Source of the DNA: Solirubrobacteraceae bacterium
GTDB taxonomy: Bacteria > Actinomycetota > Thermoleophilia > Solirubrobacterales > Solirubrobacteraceae
Direction of reading: 5' to 3'
NCBI GenBank assembly: GCA_051005755.1
Contig: JBPCJA010000194.1
Span: forward strand, 1-55,618
DNA: 55,618 bases
The notes below the pieces were generated by a model, which searched no databases, was not told the origin of the DNA, and worked only from the letters and a program-made list of their open reading frames with translations. Shown piece after piece: positions 21,195 through 30,259 of the stretch. A program made the translations under genes and the position numbers. Position 1 is the first letter of the stretch. Every line of letters begins with the position of its first letter.

Positions 21195-21981
21195 GGCCCG
21201 CGGCCGCCCGGGCGGTGGCGGTCCAGCCGAGACAGTCGTCGCCGCCGTCGGAGCGCAGGGTGGCCTGCGCGACGACGGCGAGCAGACAGACGACCGGCAG
21301 GCCCAGGGCCGCTGCGGCCCGCCGGACGCCGAGCCCGCCGCCCGGCGGGAACAGCGCGGGAAACACGAGCGCCATGACCTTGGCGCATGCGACGGTCAGC
21401 TCGTTGCCGCGGGCGTGGACCACGACGTCGGTGAAGCCGGCCTGCCCGAGCAGGTTGCGCAGGCTCGAGGGCGTGTAGCGCCAGTAGTCGTGCGGGATGT
21501 AGTGCCAGCGTGCCGAGAACGGCACCGTGAGCACGATGCGACCGTCGTCGCGCAGCACGCGACGGGCCTCGGCGAGGAACACCGCGGGCTCCGGGACGTG
21601 CTCGAGCGTCTCGGTCGTCAGCACGACGTCGACCGAGGCGTCGGCGACCGGCCAGCGGTCGCCCGAGAAGTACTCCGTCTCGGGCATCGCGTAGCCGAAG
21701 TCCTCTTCGGCGGCGGCGTCGTCGATCGCGCGGTAGCGGGCGCCTGCGGGCAGCAGCGGCCGGTAGGGCTGGGCACCGGACCCGACGTCGAGCACGTCTC
21801 CGTGCGCGTCTGCGAGCAGGACGCGCAGGTCCCGCCACGCGGAGGCGGCCTGGAGGTCGAGCGTGCGGCGGATCGCGGCCACCATCCGGTCGCGGCGGGT
21901 ACGCGGTGCCCGGAACGCGGGCGGTTGCCAGCGCTCGGTGGTGCGGAGGGCGAAGTTCTCCCGGTCAGGCAGCTGGGGCAT
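21163..21981 (-). CDS. Class I SAM-dependent methyltransferase
   Basis: VLDVGSGAQPY (motif I), VVLTTETLEHVPEP, GRIVLTVPF. The 3' end overlaps the convergent GtrA gene by 32 nt, and the 5' end overlaps the upstream methyltransferase stop by 17 nt. ATG 21885 is an alternative start. Confidence 0.8.
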   Translation of the reverse strand: MPQLPDRENFALRTTERWQPPAFRAPRTRRDRMVAAIRRTLDLQAASAWRDLRVLLADAHGDVLDVGSGAQPYRPLLPAGARYRAIDDAAAEEDFGYAMPETEYFSGDRWPVADASVDVVLTTETLEHVPEPAVFLAEARRVLRDDGRIVLTVPFSARWHYIPHDYWRYTPSSLRNLLGQAGFTDVVVHARGNELTVACAKVMALVFPALFPPGGGLGVRRAAAALGLPVVCLLAVVAQATLRSDGGDDCLGWTATARAAAGPTRPGTRGAG

Positions 21982-22933
21982 GGGCGGCGGGGCGCTCGGG
22001 GGCCGCGGATCGTCTGCCCCAGGCCAGGAGATTACCCACCGGAACCGTGAGCGCCCGGTCGCCGATCCCGGCGCGCTCGAGTACCCGCTGCGCCAGCTCG
22101 CCGACCCTCCGCGGCAGGGGGAGGAGCCGGACCCAGTAGCGCAGCGGATAGCGGTTGCGGATCGCCCGATGCCCGACGTCCACGAGTCCGGCCCTCCGGA
22201 GCAGCCGCGTCACGCTCAGCGGGGAGAACAGCTGTTGATGCTCGACGTCGACGATCGGGGAGCGCAGGCCGAGCAGCCGATTGACCGGCGCCCGCCGGTC
22301 GTGGCAGACGAGTGCCAGGACGCCGCCGGGCTTCAGCAGCCGGGCCGCGTCGCGCACGAGCACGGCCGGGTCCGGCACGTGCTCGATCGTCTGAAAGCAG
22401 GTCACGAGGCTGAGACTGCCCGCCGGGCGGACGTCCGGCGTGAACACCGCGTGCTCGATGAGGTCTGCGATCCGCGCCTCGGCGGCGGCGATCGGCTCGG
22501 TCGACGGCTCGACGCCCCCCACGCCGGTGAAACCGGCGTCGAGCAGCTCGCCGAGGAAGGCGCCCTCCCCGGTGCCGATGTCGAGCGCCCCGTCGCGGTC
22601 GGGCAGGACTGCCAGGAGCGGCGCGAGCGCTTCGCGGTAGGTGCGCGCGGCGAAGCGCCCCTCGATCGCGCTGTCGAACGCCGCCTCCTCGTAGGCGCGG
22701 GCCAGCGCTTCGGGGGCGGGCACGGGGCTCGCATAGACGAGGTCGCACTGCCGGCAGCGCACGAGGCGCAGGCGCATGTGCTCGGGACGCTTGCGCGAGG
22801 CGAAGGCGTAGCGATCCAGCGACGCGGTGTCGAGCCGCTCCTCGGCGAAGACGTCGCTGTCGTCCGTCGAGCCGCACACCGGGCATGCGCGCGCGCTGAG
22901 CTCGCCGAGGAACGCGTGCGTCGGATTAGCCAT
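21965..22933 (-). CDS. Class I SAM-dependent methyltransferase with N-terminal Cys4 zinc-ribbon
   Basis: ATG 22933 inside ORF 21965..23374: MANPTHAFLGELSARACPVCGS...LVRCRQCDLVYASP, ALDIGTGEGAFLGELL, VTCFQTIEHVPDP, GGVLALVCHD. Confidence 0.82.
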   Translation of the reverse strand: MANPTHAFLGELSARACPVCGSTDDSDVFAEERLDTASLDRYAFASRKRPEHMRLRLVRCRQCDLVYASPVPAPEALARAYEEAAFDSAIEGRFAARTYREALAPLLAVLPDRDGALDIGTGEGAFLGELLDAGFTGVGGVEPSTEPIAAAEARIADLIEHAVFTPDVRPAGSLSLVTCFQTIEHVPDPAVLVRDAARLLKPGGVLALVCHDRRAPVNRLLGLRSPIVDVEHQQLFSPLSVTRLLRRAGLVDVGHRAIRNRYPLRYWVRLLPLPRRVGELAQRVLERAGIGDRALTVPVGNLLAWGRRSAAPERPAAHAPAA

Positions 22934-23216
22934 CGTCGCCGGTGTCCTGCGATGGTCGGTAGCCGTACGCGGCCTCGCGCACCGCCAGTACCGGCGCTCG
23001 GCGCGATCGACGTCGAGTCCCGGGTCCGCAAGGCGGCGCTCGACGTGATCGATGCCCAAGGTAGCCCGCGATTCGCTCCGCGAGATCGCGCAGCTGCGGC
23101 TCGGCATGCAGACCCACCCGCAGGGTGCGCAACTTGGGCGCCGTCTGCGCCGAGTCCTCCACGCGTCCGAGCCTACCTCGCCCGCGGTCGTGCCGTCCGG
23201 GTGATGGAGTTGATCC

Positions 23217-24227
23217 ATGGACCTCCTCGTTCTCGGCGGCACGGCGTGGCTTGGACGTGAGGTATCCAGGCAGGCGGTCGACCGCGGGTACGCGGTGACG
23301 TGCCTGGCGCGAGGCGAGAGCGGGACCGTCGCCGCCGGAGCTGTCCTGGTCGCTGCCGACCGGCGCGAGTCCACGGCGTACGAGCGGGCGGTCGACCGTG
23401 ATTGGGACGCGGTGATCGAGGTGTCCTGGCAGCCGGGCCTCGTGCGCGGGGCGCTTGCGGCGCTGGGCGCGAGGGCGAGGCATTGGACCTACGTCTCCTC
23501 GGTCAGCGTCTACGAGTCACACGCGATCCCCGGTGCCGACGAGACGGCTCCCGTGCTGGCGCCCATCGACATCGACGAGGCGGGCCGCGAGCAGTACGGC
23601 GAGGCGAAAGTGGCCTGCGAGCAGCTGTCGGCCGCGGGCGTCGGTGACCGGCTGCTGATCGCGCGGGCCGGGCTGATCGGAGGACCGGGCGACCACACCG
23701 GACGCTCCGGCTCTTGGGTCGCGCGTGCCGCGCGTGACCCGGAGGGAGCGATGCTCGTCCCGGACTCCCCGAACGTGCCGACGCAGGTCGTCGACGTCCG
23801 CGACCTCGCGAGCTGGCTGCTCGACAGCGCGCAAGCAGAGACGACCGGAACGTATGACGCCGTCGGCCCGGTGGTGCCGTTCGGTGCCTGGGTCGAGCAG
23901 GCACGCGTGGTCGGCGGACATACCGGGCCGGTCGTGCGGGCGCCCCCGGCGTGGCTGCTCGAGCACGGCGTGAAGGCGTACATGGGCCCTCAATCGTTGG
24001 CGATGTGGTCGGTCGAGCACGGCTGGGAGGGCTTCTCGGCCCGCGCGGGCGCGGCTGCGCGAGCCGCCGGACTGCACCACCGTTCGCGGACCGAATTGCT
24101 CATCGACGTGCTGGCATGGGAGCGCGAGCAGGGCCTGGACCGGTCCCGGAACGCCGGTCTCAGTCCCACACGCGAGCACGAGCTGCTCGCCGAGCTCGCC
24201 AGCCGACGTGGGCACGATCGGCAATAA
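23217..24227 (+). CDS. NAD(P)-binding SDR-family protein (epimerase/reductase-like)
   Basis: [33 protein letters not shown] (Rossmann), YGEAKVACE (YxxxK), [12 protein letters not shown]. Confidence 0.75.
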   Translation: MDLLVLGGTAWLGREVSRQAVDRGYAVTCLARGESGTVAAGAVLVAADRRESTAYERAVDRDWDAVIEVSWQPGLVRGALAALGARARHWTYVSSVSVYESHAIPGADETAPVLAPIDIDEAGREQYGEAKVACEQLSAAGVGDRLLIARAGLIGGPGDHTGRSGSWVARAARDPEGAMLVPDSPNVPTQVVDVRDLASWLLDSAQAETTGTYDAVGPVVPFGAWVEQARVVGGHTGPVVRAPPAWLLEHGVKAYMGPQSLAMWSVEHGWEGFSARAGAAARAAGLHHRSRTELLIDVLAWEREQGLDRSRNAGLSPTREHELLAELASRRGHDRQ

Positions 24228-24605
24228 CTACCACTGTCGTGACGCCGACCTCAGCGCGGCTGCGTGACAGCGGTCACACGTCAGAAGTTCATGGATGCAG
24301 ACACGTTTACTACGTACCATCGGACCTCGCAGAGCACCTCTGGGCGGTGGCCCTCCATGAGCGCCGTCGCGCCGGAACACGCCGGTGCGCTCGGTCGACG
24401 CCGGGACGTGACGGGCGCGAGCACGGCTACCGAACCAGTAATTTTGATCTTTCTTGCATCTTCCTGAGAGGGTCGTGACGCGCGCGACGATGATGACCGG
24501 TTTCTGGCAGCAGACGATAGATCGCTGTAGTGGGGTGGGCACGGATCGTCCGGGGCGGTTCTGGCTGCGGACAGAACGGGTGTCTCGGCGGCTTGCGGAG
24601 AGTCC

Positions 24606-26708
24606 GTGACGGCCTTCGGCGGAAGCACTCCCAAGGCCTTTGTGAGCTGGGCTCACAGTGACGATGCGTGGCGGGACACCATTGCCCGCTTCGTCGTGGC
24701 GCTGCGCGAGTTCGGGATCGATGCCGACGTCGATCTGTTCCATGCCCATGACGGCTCCGTTGACTGGGCGACCTACGGTCCGAACGCGATCGAGCACAAC
24801 GACTTCGTCCTGCTTGCCACCAGCGCCGCCTACAAGCAACGGTGGGACGCTCCTCAGCTGGCTATCGCCACCACGGGCACGGGTGCGGGGGCGGCGCGCG
24901 AGGCAAACGTCCTCAAGGCCCTCTTCAATCGAGACCAGACCGCGTTCTTTCAGAAGGTGATCGTCGTCGTGCTCCCCGGCGCACGAGACGCCGACATTCC
25001 CAACGAGCTGGTGGCTGGCCTACCCAGGTTCGTCATTCCAGAGATCGATGAGCGCCACCTCAAGGACCTGCTTCGGCGCCTCACGGGCCAGCCGGCGTTC
25101 GTCCCCGCCCCGCCGGGTCAGGTACCCATTCTCCCTCCAGAGATCGGGGGCCCGGTCAGAACGACGCAGGCATCCGGAGACCCCGCCGGCAACGAGAAGG
25201 TCGCATCGAACCTCAAGCAGCGCCTCGACCAACTCGACAAGAGCATCGCGGCCACGCCCGCCGGTGCCGAGGACACGCGCAATGACGAAAAGGCGGAGCG
25301 CAGCGCGCTGTCAGCAGCGCTCAAGGCGATCACGAAACGCGCCCATGGCAATTCGCAGCCCTCGCGGAGATGGAGGCTGCCGGTCGTCGTGAGCGCGGTT
25401 GTGCTGGCACTGGTCGCCATCTACTCGCTCTCGGGCGCGGGCGGCGAGGCGGGCAAGGACGCCTTGGACGGGGCGCAGCTTGCGGTCAAGTACGTCAACG
25501 ACGGTGACGATCCCGAGTCGAAGCTGCCGCTCAAGGCCGGTGGGGGATTGCCTCGTCTCGGTGGTGCCAAGCTCGAGCTCGTTCCGACCGATGTGGGGAG
25601 CACTCGGTGTAAGAGCCAACCCGCGTTCAACCAGCTCGTGGATCGCGACCACGTCGTCGCGGTGGTCGGGGCGTACGAGTCGACAGTCACGCTGCAGGCG
25701 CTCATCGCGGCGGACCGGCGCCATGTGCCGCTCGTCAACGACAGCGCGACCGCGCCACCGTTGACGGAACGCAACCCAGCAGGGGTCATCAGGGCGTGCA
25801 CCGTCGATCCGGATCCGAGGCCGTCCCGGTGGTTCTTTCGTGTCGGGCCGAGCGACACTCGGGCCGCGGAGCAGTTCTTCACCCTCATCGAGGAAGCCGA
25901 GCGCAGCGGCAAGATTCCTCGCGTCCGCAAGGTGGCGATCCTGCACGAGAACAACGACTTCTTCGGCAACGCCGGCGCGGCGATCACCAAGGAGCTCGCG
26001 CAGCGCCGCCGGGTGGCGGTCCGCGCGTTTCGCTACCCCACCGTGCTGGGGCCGTCCGCGCCACGGTCAGATTCGTCCTGCACCGTTAAGGAGAGCACGA
26101 TCACGACGCTGCGGCGACGAGTGCAGCAGATGAAGCAGTACCAACCCGACGTCGTGTTCGCGCTGGGCTACAGACCCGATGCGATCGCGGCGGTCCAGAT
26201 GATGCAGAAGCTCGGCTACGTGCCTCCGCCGCTGCTCGCCTACGGTGGGGGCTTCGTCGACCGCACGTTCATCCGCGGCGTGCAGGCCGGCAATCGCGCG
26301 TGCGATCTGCCCCGCGCCGATCCCGCCCGCATCATCGCGCGGGTGGCGTGGTCACCGGACGGCAAGAGCCAGAGCCAAACGGCGCGGCGCATCGCACAGC
26401 TCTTCCAGAGGAGCTACAACCGACCGATGACCCCCACGGCAGCCTCCGGCTTCACGGCGATGCTGACGCTCGCGCGGGCGATCAACGATGCCGGTTCGCC
26501 CGATCCCGCAAAGATCCGGGCCGCGCTGCGCGCGCTCGACTTGCCGGCCGACGCGACGATCATGCCCTGGGGGGGCGTCAGGTTCGACGCTCACGGCCAG
26601 AACGTGCGGGCCCGGTTCGTGCTCCAGCAGATCATCAGGGGGAGCTATCGCGTCGTCTATCCGGGCGACGTCGCCGACGCCAGCGCCATCTGGCCCCCCT
26701 TCAGGTAG
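24606..26708 (+). CDS. Receptor-like single-pass membrane protein: N-terminal SEFIR/TIR-like domain, charged linker, one TM helix, C-terminal type-I periplasmic-binding-protein (LivK/Peripla_BP_6-like) domain
   Basis: GTG 24606. aa 10-80 read KAFVSWAHSDDAWRDTIARFVVALREFGIDADVDLFHAHDGSVDWATYGPNAIEHNDFVLLATSAAYKQRW (SEFIR/TIR-like strand-helix pattern). aa 244-256 RAHGNSQPSRRWR form a positive cluster. aa 257-275 LPVVVSAVVLALVAIYSL form the TM helix (nt about 25374-25430). The C-terminal region has AQLAVKYVNDG, GAKLELVPTDVGS, VVAVVGAYESTVTLQ, WFFRVGPSD and VAILHENNDFFGN, as in branched-chain amino-acid-type binding proteins. Confidence 0.85.
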   Translation: MTAFGGSTPKAFVSWAHSDDAWRDTIARFVVALREFGIDADVDLFHAHDGSVDWATYGPNAIEHNDFVLLATSAAYKQRWDAPQLAIATTGTGAGAAREANVLKALFNRDQTAFFQKVIVVVLPGARDADIPNELVAGLPRFVIPEIDERHLKDLLRRLTGQPAFVPAPPGQVPILPPEIGGPVRTTQASGDPAGNEKVASNLKQRLDQLDKSIAATPAGAEDTRNDEKAERSALSAALKAITKRAHGNSQPSRRWRLPVVVSAVVLALVAIYSLSGAGGEAGKDALDGAQLAVKYVNDGDDPESKLPLKAGGGLPRLGGAKLELVPTDVGSTRCKSQPAFNQLVDRDHVVAVVGAYESTVTLQALIAADRRHVPLVNDSATAPPLTERNPAGVIRACTVDPDPRPSRWFFRVGPSDTRAAEQFFTLIEEAERSGKIPRVRKVAILHENNDFFGNAGAAITKELAQRRRVAVRAFRYPTVLGPSAPRSDSSCTVKESTITTLRRRVQQMKQYQPDVVFALGYRPDAIAAVQMMQKLGYVPPPLLAYGGGFVDRTFIRGVQAGNRACDLPRADPARIIARVAWSPDGKSQSQTARRIAQLFQRSYNRPMTPTAASGFTAMLTLARAINDAGSPDPAKIRAALRALDLPADATIMPWGGVRFDAHGQNVRARFVLQQIIRGSYRVVYPGDVADASAIWPPFR

Positions 26709-26789
26709 CGACGCTCGGTCGTAGGTCGACGCGGACGATCCGCCCCGCGCCATTCCGGGAGACATGCAGGCGCTCGCTTCTGGACTCGA

Positions 26790-27971
26790 TCAACCCGTTG
26801 AGCCTCGTCGTCCCGGCCACGCCATGACGTCGTCATCGGATGGCTTTGTGGTGCTGGGGGTGCTCGTGGTGAGGAGGTGCTCGGTCCCGTCGACGAGCGC
26901 GGTGTACAGCTCGGTCGCCCGGCGATGCTTCAGGATCGGAGCGGCCTGACCGGACCAGAGGGCCACGACGTCGGTGCGGCCCTGGGCGCGCGCCGCGGCA
27001 AGGACCGGCTTGAGCAGGTGCCCCTGGTACGGATAGGGCTCGATCGCGCCGTCGCGCGTGAGCTCCTCCATCAGGCGATTGGGGATCCCGCGCGCGAGGC
27101 GCCCGCTGTACGCGCGGGCCAGGCGTGTGTGACGGGCATCGGGACTGCGGAGTGCGGCGCGGTGCTCGGGCGTGGTGCCAGACTCCTCGGTGGCGAGGAA
27201 CGCGGTGCCGATCTGCACGCCCTCGGCGCCCAGCGCCAGCGCCGCGAGGACGCCGTGCGCGTCGGCGACGCCCCCGGCGGCGATCACAGGCGCCTTGACC
27301 TCGGCCGCGGCGATGCGCACGAGCGCGAGCGTCCCGACCAGCGAGTCCTCGGCAGCCGCGAGAAACGCGCCGCGGTGGCCGCCGGCCTCGGCACCCGAGG
27401 CGACGATCGCCCCTACGCCCGCCTCGTCGAGTGCGACGGCTTCGTCGGGCGTCGTGGCCGTGCCGATCGTGGCGATGCCACGTTCGCGGAACGCGGCCAG
27501 CAGGCGGTCGTCGGGTATGCCGAAGACGAAGCTGAACGCGGCGGGGCGCGCGGCCAGGACAGCCGCGGCCTGCTCGGCGAAGGTGGGCGAGAAGCGCTCG
27601 GGGTACGGCGGCGCGTCGACGCCGACCTCGTCGTAGAGCGCCTGCAGCCGCGCGACCGCGGCGGCGTACCGCTCACGCGTCATCTCCGACTCCGGCACGT
27701 CGTGGGTCGAGACCCAGAGGTTGAGGGCGAACGGCCGGGCGGTCGCCGCGTGGAGCTCGGCGGCGAGCGCCCGGATGGCGTCGGGCTCGAGGTGGTGGAC
27801 GCCGTACGAGCCGAGGCCGCCGGCCTGCGACACGGCGGTGAGCAGCGCGGCGCTGGAGAGCCCCCCGCCGAACGGGCCCTGGACGATCGGGTGGTGGATA
27901 CCGAGCAGCTCGGTGAGCCTCGTGCGAGGCCATGTGCTGCCGCGGGAAGGTGGTGTGTGCATGACAGTCAC
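26790..27971 (-). CDS. Nitronate monooxygenase (NMO / 2-nitropropane dioxygenase family)
   Basis: LGIHHPIVQGPFGGGLSS, VASGAEAGGHRG, VIAAGGVADAHGVLAALALGAEGVQIGTAFL. Confidence 0.88.
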   Translation of the reverse strand: MTVMHTPPSRGSTWPRTRLTELLGIHHPIVQGPFGGGLSSAALLTAVSQAGGLGSYGVHHLEPDAIRALAAELHAATARPFALNLWVSTHDVPESEMTRERYAAAVARLQALYDEVGVDAPPYPERFSPTFAEQAAAVLAARPAAFSFVFGIPDDRLLAAFRERGIATIGTATTPDEAVALDEAGVGAIVASGAEAGGHRGAFLAAAEDSLVGTLALVRIAAAEVKAPVIAAGGVADAHGVLAALALGAEGVQIGTAFLATEESGTTPEHRAALRSPDARHTRLARAYSGRLARGIPNRLMEELTRDGAIEPYPYQGHLLKPVLAAARAQGRTDVVALWSGQAAPILKHRRATELYTALVDGTEHLLTTSTPSTTKPSDDDVMAWPGRRGSTG

Positions 27972-28006
27972 CCTATGGCGCGCCTCTCGTTGCGTACCCT
28001 GCCCGT

Positions 28007-30259
28007 GTGGCGACCGGCGTCCCGACGCTCAACATCGTCGCCGAGCGGGCCGCGGTCGACGACCGGGCGGCAGTGCACGCTGGCGGCGGGAGCTCGGCGG
28101 CACTGCACCTGCTCGCGCCGGTCGCGGCGTTCGCGCTGCTGGCCGGGGCGCTGCTCGCCGTCCTGGGGCCGTCGGAGGGGATGGAGACGGGTCTGTGGGC
28201 GCTGGCGTTCGCGGTCGCGCTGCCGCTGGGCGTCGCCGTCGCCGTCAGGCAGGTGCGCGCCATGGCGGCCGCACCTCCGGGGACCGGAGCGTGGGCCGTC
28301 GCACTCGGCACGCTGGTAATCGCCGCGGCGATGCTGCTGCGCGAGCGGACCGGGGCCGGGCATGCACAGCACGCCGCGATCGCGCTCGCCGGCCTCGTCG
28401 CCCTCTGGATCCCCTTCGGGCTGGCGCGCGAGTCGCGGCTGCGCACGCGGTTGGCCGCAGCCCCGGTGGGCACCGGCCCGCTGGCCGCCGCCGCGGCGCT
28501 GGCGCTGCTCGCGTCGCCGTTCATCCCGACAGCCGTCGTCACCCCGGCGCGGCTGGCGCCGGCGCTGCTGGTCGCCGGCACGGTGTTCGCCGTCGTCCTG
28601 GCGACCCGGGATTCGGCGTCCCGGCCGTTGGCCCGGCGCCTGTTCGACGTGCTGGCGGTCGGGCTCCTCGCACTCGTCGTCCTGACGACACCCGACGTGA
28701 CGCTGGGCGGCTACAACGTCATCCACCACCACGACTTCTTCCTCGGGCCTACCAACGACGTGCTCAACGGGCGCACGATGCTCGTCGACACGTTTTCGCA
28801 GTACGGCGTCGGCGTCATCTATGCGCTCGCGCTCGTGTTCCAGATCGTGCCCATGGGCTACGGCGGGCTCGCGCTCGTCATCGCCTGCGCCACGGTCGCG
28901 GTCTACGCACTGACGTACGTGACGCTCCGCGCGGCCATCGACTCCCCCGTGCTCGTCGCCTGCGGCATGGCCGTCGCGGTCCTGAGCAACATCTTCCTGC
29001 AGCGCGAGAGCTACCTGTTCTTCCCGAGCACCGGGCCGCTGCGCTTCGGCTTGCCGTACGTGCTCATCGCATCCGCGGTGCTGGCCGCGCGATTCCCGAA
29101 CCGGTCGCGGGCACTGCGAATCGTCGGGTTGGCCACGCTCGCGGCGGCGGCCCCGTGGAGCCTGGAGACGTTCGTCTACACCGGCGCGGTGTACGCGGCG
29201 ATCGTGCTGCTGGAGGCCTACGGTCGCCCGGCGGTCGACCTCCGCGCGGGCTTGGGCATCGTCGTGCGCCGCGGCGTGGAGGGCCTCGGGGTCGTGGTGG
29301 GAGCGATCGCGGCGATGTCGCTCGCGACGCTCGTGCTCAGCGGCAAGGCGCCCAACTGGGGCGGCTATCTCGACTACATCGCCCTGTACTCGACCGAGGG
29401 CCTCGGTCAGATGCCGGTCGACTGGTTCTCGACGGGTCCGGTGGCAGGGCTCGCGATCTTCCTCTCGGCCGCCGGTGTCGTGTGGCTTTCACGCACCGGC
29501 CGCGCTCCGGCGGCGCTGCTCGTCGCCCTCGCGGGCTTCACGGCGTTCGCGGTGGCGTCCTTCACCTATTACCTCGGACGTTCGCACCCGAACAACCTGC
29601 TGCACCTCATGGTTCCGAGCGTGGCGCTCGGAACGCTCTGGGCCAGCGTCCTGCTGCGGCCCGCGGCTGCCGGCGGCTCGCGGCCCACGATGCTCGCCGG
29701 AGCGGCGCTGCTGGCGATCGGGGCGAGCATCGCGGTGGCGGCGCTGCCGCTCGCGAAGGCGAGATGGCCGGAGACCGCGCTGTCGCAGGTCGTCTCCTAC
29801 GTGCGCGGCGACCCGCCCGGGACGGGGTTGCGCTCGTCCCTCGCCCGCGAGTGGGACCAGCCGGTCGTCGACGGCCGCAGCGAGGAGGCGGCCCGGGTGC
29901 TCGCGCGCCTGCAGCCGGGTGACGGGCCGCTGCTGGTCCTCACCGAGCCAGAGCTGACGACCGAGATCCTGCTGCGCGCGGGTCGGCGCAACGTCCTGCC
30001 GATCGCCAATCCGACCGAGGACGACCTCGTCGCGTCCTCGGACGCTCGCGTCCGTGCCGCGCTACGCCGCGTGCGGTCCGGCACGCTCATGCTCACCTCC
30101 GACCCGCAGCCCCGCGGCTCGAAGACGGCGCTTGGTGCGCCGCGCAACTTCAACGGCCTCCAGCAGCTCGCGCTCGACGGGCTGCGCCGCCGGTTCGCAT
30201 GGCGCACGGTCACGGTGACGCCCGGGGGTCTGCGCGTGGTCCGGCTCGTCGAGCGCTAG
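28007..30259 (+). CDS. Large polytopic membrane protein (750 aa) of unrecognised family with C-terminal soluble domain; paralogue of 30256-32640
   Basis: GTG 28007. Many hydrophobic helices throughout aa 30-590. Conserved blocks shared with the paralogue: HHHDFFLGPTNDVLNGRTMLVDTFSQYGVGVIYALA, PLRFGLPYVL, SLETFVYTGAV, YYLGRSHPNN, and in the C-terminal domain LLVLTEPELTTEILLRAGRRNVLPIANPTEDDLV. Confidence 0.85.
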   Translation: MATGVPTLNIVAERAAVDDRAAVHAGGGSSAALHLLAPVAAFALLAGALLAVLGPSEGMETGLWALAFAVALPLGVAVAVRQVRAMAAAPPGTGAWAVALGTLVIAAAMLLRERTGAGHAQHAAIALAGLVALWIPFGLARESRLRTRLAAAPVGTGPLAAAAALALLASPFIPTAVVTPARLAPALLVAGTVFAVVLATRDSASRPLARRLFDVLAVGLLALVVLTTPDVTLGGYNVIHHHDFFLGPTNDVLNGRTMLVDTFSQYGVGVIYALALVFQIVPMGYGGLALVIACATVAVYALTYVTLRAAIDSPVLVACGMAVAVLSNIFLQRESYLFFPSTGPLRFGLPYVLIASAVLAARFPNRSRALRIVGLATLAAAAPWSLETFVYTGAVYAAIVLLEAYGRPAVDLRAGLGIVVRRGVEGLGVVVGAIAAMSLATLVLSGKAPNWGGYLDYIALYSTEGLGQMPVDWFSTGPVAGLAIFLSAAGVVWLSRTGRAPAALLVALAGFTAFAVASFTYYLGRSHPNNLLHLMVPSVALGTLWASVLLRPAAAGGSRPTMLAGAALLAIGASIAVAALPLAKARWPETALSQVVSYVRGDPPGTGLRSSLAREWDQPVVDGRSEEAARVLARLQPGDGPLLVLTEPELTTEILLRAGRRNVLPIANPTEDDLVASSDARVRAALRRVRSGTLMLTSDPQPRGSKTALGAPRNFNGLQQLALDGLRRRFAWRTVTVTPGGLRVVRLVER

